The translations under genes and the position numbers were made by a program. A DNA stretch of 49,081 nucleotides from a virus (Duplodnaviria; Caudoviricetes), in the IMG/VR virus record IMGVR_UViG_3300033485_000021, positions 1 to 49,081 of that record; one strand, written 5' to 3'. Below the pieces are notes generated by a model that was not told the DNA's origin, searched no databases, and was given only the letters and a program-made list of their open reading frames with translations. Below are positions 9,997-18,451 of the stretch, piece by piece; position 1 is the first letter of the stretch, and every line of letters begins with the position of its first letter.

Positions 9997-10400
9997 TGGT
10001 CGTTCGGCTGGCGACGATAGGCGGCGTGCCGATGACGGAAGCCCTCGCGGGCTTCTTCAACGACGCCGTCACCGTGCTCGAGCCGACCAGCACGCAGGAC
10101 TCCTACGGGGAGATGGTCAGCACCTGGGCGGCGCTCGCCGGCCACTGCGACCTCCCCTGCATGATCGGCCCCTTCGACGCCACCGCCCTGCGTCTCAAGG
10201 CACAGGAGTTCCGCACCTCGCAGGCACTCTACGAGGTCGAGCGCCGGCGCATCATCTTGCAGGGCTACTACCCCGGCATCGACCAGGAGCACCGCGTGCG
10301 CTTCGATGACCGCGACTGGGCCGTCATCAACGTCGTCCACGACGTCAGCAAGACGTGGACGATCCTCGGCGTCGAGATCATCGAACCGGGAGCCATCTGA
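9996..10400 (+). CDS. head-to-tail stopper / head closure protein
   Basis: VTVLEP..QDSYGE...W and RVRFDDRDWAVINV, plus position. Confidence 0.7.
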   Translation: MVVRLATIGGVPMTEALAGFFNDAVTVLEPTSTQDSYGEMVSTWAALAGHCDLPCMIGPFDATALRLKAQEFRTSQALYEVERRRIILQGYYPGIDQEHRVRFDDRDWAVINVVHDVSKTWTILGVEIIEPGAI

Positions 10401-10933
10401 TGATCACCGTCCAGGTCATCGGCAGGGAGGCGCTGGCCGCCAAGTTCGCCGCCTCGCTGAAGACGATGGAGGCGAGCAAGCCGGTCACGCTCCGCAAGAT
10501 CGGCCTCGCCGAGCAGATGAACATCCGCGACACCATCTGGCAGATGTTCCAGCAGCGTACCGGCAACCTCTTCAACTCGGTGCGCGTCTTCTACCAGACC
10601 AAGAACGGCATCAGCGTCGGCACCGGCAAGGGGACGGACTACGTCCAGCCGCTGGAGTTCGGCTCGATGCCGCACAAGATCACCGCGGGCTTCAGCACGC
10701 AGGCCGTCTTCGGTGGCGACGTCGGTAGTTACAAGTTCGTCTCAGCAGACGGCGCCAAGAACCTCACCTTCTGGTGGGAGAAGGCCGGCATGTTCTTCGT
10801 CGGCCCCTCGGTCAACCATCCCGGAAACCGGCCCTACAGGTTCGTCTACACCGGCTTCATGCGCTCAGTGCCTCAAGTCTATCGGTACTCCTGCGACATG
10901 ATCGCCGCCGCCTTCGGAATCCCGATGCGATGA
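10400..10933 (+). CDS. tail component, HK97 gp10-like
   Basis: RTGNLFNSV, YVQPLEFGS and VNHPGNRPYRF motifs. TGATG start at 10400. Confidence 0.7.
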   Translation: MITVQVIGREALAAKFAASLKTMEASKPVTLRKIGLAEQMNIRDTIWQMFQQRTGNLFNSVRVFYQTKNGISVGTGKGTDYVQPLEFGSMPHKITAGFSTQAVFGGDVGSYKFVSADGAKNLTFWWEKAGMFFVGPSVNHPGNRPYRFVYTGFMRSVPQVYRYSCDMIAAAFGIPMR

Positions 10934-11292
10934 GCGCCATCACCGACCTCTTCACGCACCTGACGACGGACGGCACGCTGGCCTCCAAGATCGGCACGCG
11001 GCTCTACCCGAGCTTCGCACCGCAGGATCCGACGCTGCCCTTCGTGGTGTACTACGAGTTCGCCAACCCGCGCGAGCAGGGCTTCGGCAACATCGTCCAG
11101 GTCAACAAGCCGCGCATCCAGTACTCCATCTACGGCGAGCACTACGACGACTGCGTCGAGGTGGCCGACGCCCTGCGGGGCGCTCTCGTCAGCTTCGAGA
11201 GTCCGGTCACCTTCGAGGACGAGCGCGCCTACCACGACGTCACCACCGGCCTCTACCGCCGCGACGTCGATGCGAGGGTGCCTCATGTCTGA
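10930..11292 (+). CDS. tail terminator (DUF3168-like)
   Basis: GTRLYP..APQ...LPFVVY, RIQYSIY and VADALRGAL motifs. ATGA overlap. Confidence 0.78.
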   Translation: MSAITDLFTHLTTDGTLASKIGTRLYPSFAPQDPTLPFVVYYEFANPREQGFGNIVQVNKPRIQYSIYGEHYDDCVEVADALRGALVSFESPVTFEDERAYHDVTTGLYRRDVDARVPHV

Positions 11293-11518
11293 GAACCGCA
11301 CGAAGCTCATCGCCGCCGCTCTCACCGCCCACGCCGCGCTCGAGGCACTGCTCCTCGAACTCGGCCAGCAAGAGCAGGGAGACGCGCCTTCTGAACTCAA
11401 GGTGGCCCCCTCCTCAGAGGCGCCTCCCTGCTCGCATGACAACAAGAAGCACCTCCGCACGTTCGGCGTCGCCGAGCACTGGGAGTGCGAAGACTGTGGC
11501 TACCAGTACAGGAGGTAG
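11285..11518 (+). CDS. small Zn-ribbon hypothetical protein
   Basis: CxH...CxxC at the C-terminus. Confidence 0.6.
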   Translation: MSENRTKLIAAALTAHAALEALLLELGQQEQGDAPSELKVAPSSEAPPCSHDNKKHLRTFGVAEHWECEDCGYQYRR

Positions 11519-11521
11519 CAG

Positions 11522-11767
11522 ATGACGAGGCTCTATCGCGCGAAGGTGGAGTTCAGCTACGTCGCTGACGCTGCCTCGCTGAAGAAGCTCAAAGCGTCCA
11601 GGGAGACGGACGATCCCGCCGAGAAGCTCGCCTTGCAGGCACAGGTCAAGCGGGTCACGCACGGCCCCAAGGACAAGCCCTTCGAGGCGCCCAGCGACGA
11701 GATCGCCAAGTCCTGGCTCGCCAACGGGGTGGCAGAGGAGGTGACGAATGGCGAAGTACTCAAGTAA
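11522..11767 (+). CDS. hypothetical protein (81 aa)
   Basis: AGGAGGT SD and good codon usage. Confidence 0.7.
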   Translation: MTRLYRAKVEFSYVADAASLKKLKASRETDDPAEKLALQAQVKRVTHGPKDKPFEAPSDEIAKSWLANGVAEEVTNGEVLK

Positions 11768-12503
11768 GGACTGCGGGTTCCACCTCCTCGGTGGCTACTC
11801 CATGCTCGGCTCCGACAGCAAGATCGAAGACGTGGTCGAACTGAAGCTCGGCGAGGCGTACGTCCTCGGTGACGCCGACGAGGCGTACTGGACGAGCGGC
11901 GCCAAGAAGACGACCGTCACGCAGGAGGGCTACTTCGATGACGCCACCAACGGCGTCCACGAGGCGCTCAAGGATCTGCCCGTCTTGGCCCTGCCGATGA
12001 GCATCGCCCCGCACGGCAACACCAACGCCGCCGCGATCGACGTCTACCAGAGCGTGCAGCGCGTCGGCTACACGAAGCAGTTCGATGTCGGAGACATCAT
12101 CAAGGCCAACGGCGAGTACGGCATCTGGTACGGCAAGAAGCCGGCCTACATCATCCACGCCCTCGGCACCGAGACGACCGCCGACTCAGACAACGAGTCG
12201 CTCGACGTCCACCCCTTCGCCGGCAACACCTCGAACGGTGGCGCGATGGTGCTGCACGTCACCGCCCTGAGCGGCTGCGCCACTGTGACGATCGGCGCCT
12301 ACCACTCGACCGATGGCGGCACCTACACGCTCAAGCAGGCGTTCACCAACGTCGCCCCGGCCGACGTGCCGGGGGGCGCCAACGCCGGCCAGTACGTGGC
12401 TCTGACGAGCACGATGAACCAGTACTGGGCCGTCCACTGGACGTTCAACACGCCGTCCAGTCCGTCATGCACGTTCATGGTAGCGATCTACCAAGCACCA
12501 TAA
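11748..12503 (+). CDS. tail-tube-like protein with an extra C-terminal beta domain
   Basis: The N-terminal ~130 aa align by eye with the 12519 protein (GYFDD vs GFYDD; YTKQFDVG vs YTRTLEVG). Confidence 0.6.
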   Translation: MAKYSSKDCGFHLLGGYSMLGSDSKIEDVVELKLGEAYVLGDADEAYWTSGAKKTTVTQEGYFDDATNGVHEALKDLPVLALPMSIAPHGNTNAAAIDVYQSVQRVGYTKQFDVGDIIKANGEYGIWYGKKPAYIIHALGTETTADSDNESLDVHPFAGNTSNGGAMVLHVTALSGCATVTIGAYHSTDGGTYTLKQAFTNVAPADVPGGANAGQYVALTSTMNQYWAVHWTFNTPSSPSCTFMVAIYQAP

Positions 12504-12518
12504 GAGGAAGGAGCCTTC

Positions 12519-12944
12519 ATGGCCAAGGCAGGGAGTAACGAGGTCGATTTCCAAATCCAGGTGTCCGATGGGGGCGCCACCTCGACCGGCTTCGCAAGCA
12601 ACTACATCACGAAGATAAATGACGTCGTCGTCAACCGCGAGGCCGTCGATGCGACGCCCTTCGGCGTGGTGGACGAGACGTGGATCATCGGCGTGATGAA
12701 GAAGCGGGATCCGCTGGTCATCAGCGGCTTCTACGACGACACGGCGACCACCGGCCCCGACGCCGTGCTCAACATCGGCCGCATCACCCACACCGCGCCG
12801 CGCAACTGCACGCTCACCCTGAAGAGCGGCAAGACGATCGCCGGCACGGTCTGGATCGAGAAGTACACCAGGACGCTCGAAGTCGGCAACTATCATGGCT
12901 ACGAGGCGTCGATGAGGTTCACCGGAACCGTGACGGAGGCATGA
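12519..12944 (+). CDS. major tail tube protein
   Basis: 141 aa. DATPFG..ETWIIG and EASMRFTGTVT motifs. Immediately precedes the tail chaperone. Confidence 0.78.
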   Translation: MAKAGSNEVDFQIQVSDGGATSTGFASNYITKINDVVVNREAVDATPFGVVDETWIIGVMKKRDPLVISGFYDDTATTGPDAVLNIGRITHTAPRNCTLTLKSGKTIAGTVWIEKYTRTLEVGNYHGYEASMRFTGTVTEA

Positions 12945-13282
12945 CCCGAATGGGACTTCTCAACCAAACCAAGAGAGTCGAACTCGACGGCGGTGAGTGG
13001 GTGGAGGTTCGCCCGCTCTCCATCGGCGCTCTTCGTGCGATGCGCCAAGCGGCTGCTCGTGTCGAGGTGCCGCCTGGGGAAGAGAAGGACGAGGCGCAGG
13101 GGTTCGAGCTTTCCAAGCTCGCGCTCGAGGCGTGCATCGTCGCTTGGAGCGACGCCGCCCCTGTGACCCCCGAGAACATCGCCGAACTGCCCTACACCCT
13201 GATGTTCAAGATCACCGCTGCCATCGGACTGGGAGAGCAGGAAGCCCCTTTAAGTACTGGGCCAACTTCGACCGACTCCTGA
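12941..13282 (+). CDS. tail assembly chaperone (G)
   Basis: VEVRPLS and IVAWS..PVTPENI..L motifs. Lies between tail tube and tape measure. Confidence 0.8.
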   Translation: MTRMGLLNQTKRVELDGGEWVEVRPLSIGALRAMRQAAARVEVPPGEEKDEAQGFELSKLALEACIVAWSDAAPVTPENIAELPYTLMFKITAAIGLGEQEAPLSTGPTSTDS

Positions 13283-13533
13283 GCGGAGGCCGCGGGGAGG
13301 AGCCGCCTGAGTGGATGACGAGTTCCATCTGCGAGGAGTTCGGTGTCCCGCCCGACGTCGCGGAGCGCCAGGACATCGCGCTCTGCAAGCGCATCATGCA
13401 ACTGCGCCGCTACCGCGACTCCTGGCACGAGGTCAACGTCGCCAAGACCGAGCAGAAGAACCTCACCACTGGGTGGGCGCTGGAGAAGGTCATCGAGGTG
13501 CAGAAGGCACGCATGAAGGGTGAGATCGACTGA
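13246..13533 (+). CDS. -1 frameshift extension of the tail chaperone (G-T), slippery site C CCT TTA at 13246-13252
   Basis: XXXYYYZ heptamer in the correct phase. The -1 frame stays open (FKYWANFDRLL...MKGEID) up to the tape measure start. Confidence 0.8.
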   Translation, partial: PFKYWANFDRLLSGGRGEEPPEWMTSSICEEFGVPPDVAERQDIALCKRIMQLRRYRDSWHEVNVAKTEQKNLTTGWALEKVIEVQKARMKGEID

Positions 13534-16448
13534 TGGCCGCAAGCTTCTACGGCGAACTCATCATCCGCACGACGATGGACACCACCGGGGTGTCCAAGGG
13601 CGTCGCGGAGACGAACGCCAAGACCGCCTCGATGGCGAAGGGTGTCGAGCGCACCCTCGGCAAGACCGGCCTCGCCATGCAGAACGTCGGCCGCACGATG
13701 ACGCAGTACTACACGCTGCCCGTCGTCGCCGGTCTTGGGTATGCGACCTACGCCTCATACCAGTATCAGAAGGCGATGATCCAGGTGCAGAACCTGACCG
13801 GCCTCTCGGCCGATCAGGCGGCACGCTTCAGCGACGAGATCCGCGCCGCGTCGGCCGAGATCGGCAACGTCGGCGGGCCGCAGGCCGCGGCTGAAGCCTT
13901 CTACTTCCTCGCCTCCTCGGGCCTCGACGCCAAGGAGGCGATGAACGCCCTGCGCGTCTCGATGAAGGCGAGCGTCGCCGGCATGGGCGACATCACCACG
14001 CTGGCCGACGTCGTGACCAGCGCCATGAACAGCTACGGCCACGAGACGTACAACGCCACCCAGGCGATGGACATCCTCATGCGTACCATCGAGGTCGGCA
14101 AGGCCGAGCCTACGGCGCTGGCCTCCTCGCTCGGGCGCATCATGCCGATCGCCAACCAACTCAAGGTCGGCCTCGAGGAACTCGGCGGCAACGTCGCCGC
14201 CCTGACCCTCGGCGGCCTCTCCAGCGCCGAGGCCGTGACCGCCCTGCGCGGCACGATGGTCGCCCTCGTCTCGCCGGCGAAGATGAGCATCGATGAACTG
14301 AAGACGCTCGGCCTGACCTACCAGGAAGTCACCAAGTCGATCGCCGAGAAGGGGCTCCTGCCGACGTTGAAGATGCTCTGGGAGGCGACCGACCACAACA
14401 TGCTCTCGTTGCGGAAGATCATCCCCAACGTGCGCGCGACCACCGGCGTGATGAGCCTCCTCGGGGCGAACTACGAGAAGAACCTGGAGATCATCGAGCG
14501 CGTCAGCGACTCGCAGGGCAAGCTCAACGAGACGTACAGGACGGCCGCCCAGAGCGACGTCGCCAAGTTCAACCGCGCCCTCAATACGCTGAAAAGCGCC
14601 TTCATCGAGGTCGGCGCCGTCGTCCTGCCGCTGGTGACCAAGTTGGTGACGTGGTTCGGCGACCTCGTCGGCGTCTTCGAGAAGCTCTCTCCGACGATGC
14701 AGAAGGTGACGGTGGGCTTCCTCGCCATCACGGCGGCGATGATGCCCCTGCTCTCTGTCGCCGGCTCGGTCATGCGCGCCATCGGCCTCATCGCGGTGAA
14801 GCGCGCTGCCGCCGTCGCGGCATCTGCGGTCGAGACGGCGAGCAACGCCACGCTCGTGGCCTCGAACAGCGCGGTCGCGGCCTCAGAGGCTGCGGTCGCC
14901 GGCGCGACCGGCACGCGCGCCGCAGCGACCAAGGCGGCCAACAACGTGATGGCCGCCTCGACGCTCCAGCGCATCCTCCAGACGCGCTACTACTCGCAGT
15001 ACACCGGGGCAGTGGGTGGCGCCAGTCTGGCGACGAAGATCTTCGGTACGACCGCCGTGGCGGCCTTCGGTGCCATCGCTGCCGCCGCCGGCGTCGGCCT
15101 CGTCGGTGGCCTCGCCTTCCGTAAGTGGAAGCAGCAGATGGACGAAGGCCCGCCAGCCTTCGAGGACATGATTGCTCGCATCAAGAAGACGGCCAAAGAG
15201 AGCAAGGTCGATATCCCCATCAGGATCATCGCCAAGGACACTGACCTCCCTGCGGTGCGCGAGCGCATCAATCGTCTCAAGGACGAGGGCAAGATCGTGC
15301 TGACCGTCGATGCCGTCGATGCGTGGTACGAACTCTACTCCCTGAGCGACTACGTCAAGGACGACGACCGCTGGAAGATCAACATCGCCCCGGCTCACGG
15401 CGCGGAGTACTGGGAATCCATCGCGGATCAGATCAAGAGCGGGGCGACCGGGGCCGGCGACATCGGCCTGCCCATCGCGGCGCACATCATGCCCGACGTC
15501 TCGCAGAAACAACTCACGCTTCAGGCGATGAAGATCACCGATATCTTCGAGAAGGTCATGCCACCGCCCAAGATCCCCATCACCTGGAAGGCGATGTCAC
15601 GCACCGAGAAGGCGAAGTTCCTCGCCGACATGACGCCCAAGCAGCAGATCCTCTTCAACTGGGGGCTCATCCAGAAGGGTCTTCCGAAGGTCAAGCCGCC
15701 GAAGATCGACTTCGCCGACAAGGACTTCAAGGGCGACATCAACCGCATGAACAAGTGGATCAACGATGTCACCAGGACGCGCGAACTGACCATCGAGGTC
15801 AGGAAGGAGCGCGTCAAGAAGGGCATCAATGAAATCGAGGGCGAGATCGAGCGCATCAGCGCGCGGGCAAAGAGGACTGGGTGGACTACCGAACTCAAGG
15901 CCAAGAAGGACAAGCTCGATGCGGCGCTCAAGAACGCCAACACGCAACTCACGAAGCTCAGTGATCGCACCGTCAAGCCGGCGGTCGGCCTCGACACGAC
16001 TGACTTCGACGCGGGCGTCCAGAGCGTCATCAGCAGCATCCAGTCCATCCCCAGCGTGGTCAATATCGCCATCACGACCAGCAAGACGCCCATCGATAGA
16101 GACGCCTGGGGCGGCATCTACACCAAGCCGAAGGTGACCCTCGTGGGCGAGGAAGGCCCCGAGGTCATCATCCCGCTGACCAAGCCCAACAGGGCGGCGC
16201 AGCTACTGGCCGCCTCGGGCCTCTCGAAGTACATCGAGCAGCGGCCCACCGTCTCGGGCGTCAAGGAGCCGCGGCAGGCGGTCGTTGCCGCCGGCCCCGC
16301 CGAAGTCCACTACCACAACCACATGACGCTGCCGCAGGGCGTCGTCGTCAGCGACCTCGAGCGGTTCGGGAGCACGATGCGCCCCTACATCGAGCACGGC
16401 ACGCGGCTCGCGCAGCGGCGCCGTGAGCGCGGAAGGGCGCACCTCTGA
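13533..16448 (+). CDS. tail tape measure protein (TP901-like)
   Basis: 971 aa, helical. AAEAFYFLASSG and SSAEAVTALRG motifs, C-terminal GGI...LVGEEGPEVIIPL. Confidence 0.92.
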   Translation: MAASFYGELIIRTTMDTTGVSKGVAETNAKTASMAKGVERTLGKTGLAMQNVGRTMTQYYTLPVVAGLGYATYASYQYQKAMIQVQNLTGLSADQAARFSDEIRAASAEIGNVGGPQAAAEAFYFLASSGLDAKEAMNALRVSMKASVAGMGDITTLADVVTSAMNSYGHETYNATQAMDILMRTIEVGKAEPTALASSLGRIMPIANQLKVGLEELGGNVAALTLGGLSSAEAVTALRGTMVALVSPAKMSIDELKTLGLTYQEVTKSIAEKGLLPTLKMLWEATDHNMLSLRKIIPNVRATTGVMSLLGANYEKNLEIIERVSDSQGKLNETYRTAAQSDVAKFNRALNTLKSAFIEVGAVVLPLVTKLVTWFGDLVGVFEKLSPTMQKVTVGFLAITAAMMPLLSVAGSVMRAIGLIAVKRAAAVAASAVETASNATLVASNSAVAASEAAVAGATGTRAAATKAANNVMAASTLQRILQTRYYSQYTGAVGGASLATKIFGTTAVAAFGAIAAAAGVGLVGGLAFRKWKQQMDEGPPAFEDMIARIKKTAKESKVDIPIRIIAKDTDLPAVRERINRLKDEGKIVLTVDAVDAWYELYSLSDYVKDDDRWKINIAPAHGAEYWESIADQIKSGATGAGDIGLPIAAHIMPDVSQKQLTLQAMKITDIFEKVMPPPKIPITWKAMSRTEKAKFLADMTPKQQILFNWGLIQKGLPKVKPPKIDFADKDFKGDINRMNKWINDVTRTRELTIEVRKERVKKGINEIEGEIERISARAKRTGWTTELKAKKDKLDAALKNANTQLTKLSDRTVKPAVGLDTTDFDAGVQSVISSIQSIPSVVNIAITTSKTPIDRDAWGGIYTKPKVTLVGEEGPEVIIPLTKPNRAAQLLAASGLSKYIEQRPTVSGVKEPRQAVVAAGPAEVHYHNHMTLPQGVVVSDLERFGSTMRPYIEHGTRLAQRRRERGRAHL

Positions 16449-16837
16449 TGGCGATCACGCTGGGCACGCTCGGCCTCAACGACAAGGTCAACTACTTCGT
16501 CCTCAACGAGGGCGTCAACCTCTCGGAGCCGCAGACCACCTGGGAGGAGGTGCCCAACTACACCGGCGCGGCCAACGCTCAGGTCAACGTCCACGTCCAG
16601 AAGGCGCTCATCCCGATCAGCATCCCGATGATGGTCAAGGGCTCCTCCGTCTCCGATCTGCTCTCCAAGCTGGCGGCGCTCTGGGTGGAGGTGGACAAGT
16701 CCTCGAACACCCTCACCTGGGACTCCGAGAGCTTCGACATCGTCTACTCGACGCGCCCCGAGACGATCGAGCGCGATCCCCAGTTCCAACTCGGCTTCTA
16801 CGCTCGTTTCACGCTGGTGCTGATGAGGACGCCGTAA
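16448..16837 (+). CDS. distal tail (Dit-like) protein
   Basis: 129-aa beta-rich protein directly after tape measure. Confidence 0.6.
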   Translation: MAITLGTLGLNDKVNYFVLNEGVNLSEPQTTWEEVPNYTGAANAQVNVHVQKALIPISIPMMVKGSSVSDLLSKLAALWVEVDKSSNTLTWDSESFDIVYSTRPETIERDPQFQLGFYARFTLVLMRTP

Positions 16838-18451
16838 GTGACCCCTCCTTGCATCATCACCGAGGGGACGGTCTTCGAGGACTTCACCGACGACACCGAC
16901 TGGACGCTCGACAGCGGCCTGAGCAAGGCGCTCGCCTGGGTGTCGGAGACGGTCGGCAAGCTCTCCCTGCGCCTCGCCCTCGGGACGACCGGCGCCTCGG
17001 GCACCACCTACTACGCGACCAAGACCATCTCGCGCGACATGAGCGGCGACAAGAGCGGCATCGAACTCGCCTGCTACGCGAGCCTCAACGCCGCGGGGCC
17101 GAACGGCATCTCCAAGGTGACCATCGAGGTGTCCTCGACCACCGACTTCTCGAAGTCGTTCAAGTTCCAGACCGTCACCAACCTCCACGACGGCTGGAAC
17201 CGCATCCACGTCGCAGAGTCCGACTGGACGAACACCGGCAGCGAGTCGTGGAGCAACACGATGCTGCGCCTGCGCGTCGGCCTCACCCCGCAGTGGACGG
17301 GCGCCGCGCCCTCGGTCTACTTCGACTCGCTCACGGGCGGCGTGACGACGACGCCCGCCGTGGTGCTGATGTTCGGCAACGCCAAGCACGGCCCCCTGAC
17401 GGCGCTGCCGGCCCTCGAGGACAAGGGCTGGAAGGCGAACCTGCCGATCGACCTGTTCAGCATGGACGACGCGGATCGGATGACGGCCGGCGAGTACGAG
17501 ATGCTCAGGAACATGGGCTGGGAACTGCTCGGGGAACTGGCACAACTCGAACTGCTCGATCCGACGTGGTCGCACACGGCCTACACGCGCTACGACGGCC
17601 GCATCCAGCACGCCGTGCTCGACTACTACATGACCTACGCCGGCTACTACGGCTGGGGGCCGTTCCGCTTCCTCTTGGGCGTCAACTCCTGGCGGGCGAC
17701 GGCCCCCGAGATCCACGAGGTGCTCGCCGCGCACCGCATCCTGCTCACGGTGCGCTCCAGTTCGGGATCAGAGAACACCGCCAACGCGATGCCCTTCGAC
17801 GCGGTCTACAACCTGCCCGTGCTCTTCCTCGGCAACACCGTCACGCTGGCGACGGCCGAGGCGGCGGTCGATACCGCGGTCGCCCGCGGCGGCGCCCTCT
17901 TCATCGAGGTCGAAGACCTCATCCCCAGCCCCGGCGCCTACGACTGGACGGAGGACGACTACCTCGACCTCCTCGACTACATCGACGGCAAGGGCATCAC
18001 GCCGAAGACGATGACCGAGATCTGGGAGTTCCAGAGCGAGGAGCCAGTAGCGAGCACCGCAAGTGTGATACTCGGCAACATGGAACTCAACGATCAGGTC
18101 AACTACTTCGTGGACGGCACCGGCGTCAGCACCGGCCAGCGCCAGACGGTCTGGGAGGAGGCGCCCTCGTACGCCTCCTCGGTCGCCAATGCCCAGGTCA
18201 ACGTGCATCACAGTGGCCTCGTGCCGGTCACCATCCCGATGCGCGTCAAGGGCGCCGACCTCGCCGACCTCGACACCAAGCTGCTCGACCTCTGGACTGA
18301 GGTGGACAAGCAGACGAACACGCTGACCATCGGCATCGATGAGTCCTACAACATCGTGCGCTCATCGAGGCCCGTGACCATCGAGCGCGATCCGCTCTAC
18401 CAGCTTGGCTTCCACGCCTACTTCACGCTCGTCCTGATGAGGGAGCCCTGA
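16838..18451 (+). CDS. tail protein: beta-sandwich + degenerate polysaccharide-deacetylase-like domain + C-terminal Dit-like paralog
   Basis: The last ~128 aa repeat the 16448 protein (LND.VNYFV, T.WEE.P, NAQVNVH, IERDP..QLGF.A.FTLVLMR.P). The middle resembles the NodB fold. Confidence 0.65.
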   Translation: MTPPCIITEGTVFEDFTDDTDWTLDSGLSKALAWVSETVGKLSLRLALGTTGASGTTYYATKTISRDMSGDKSGIELACYASLNAAGPNGISKVTIEVSSTTDFSKSFKFQTVTNLHDGWNRIHVAESDWTNTGSESWSNTMLRLRVGLTPQWTGAAPSVYFDSLTGGVTTTPAVVLMFGNAKHGPLTALPALEDKGWKANLPIDLFSMDDADRMTAGEYEMLRNMGWELLGELAQLELLDPTWSHTAYTRYDGRIQHAVLDYYMTYAGYYGWGPFRFLLGVNSWRATAPEIHEVLAAHRILLTVRSSSGSENTANAMPFDAVYNLPVLFLGNTVTLATAEAAVDTAVARGGALFIEVEDLIPSPGAYDWTEDDYLDLLDYIDGKGITPKTMTEIWEFQSEEPVASTASVILGNMELNDQVNYFVDGTGVSTGQRQTVWEEAPSYASSVANAQVNVHHSGLVPVTIPMRVKGADLADLDTKLLDLWTEVDKQTNTLTIGIDESYNIVRSSRPVTIERDPLYQLGFHAYFTLVLMREP

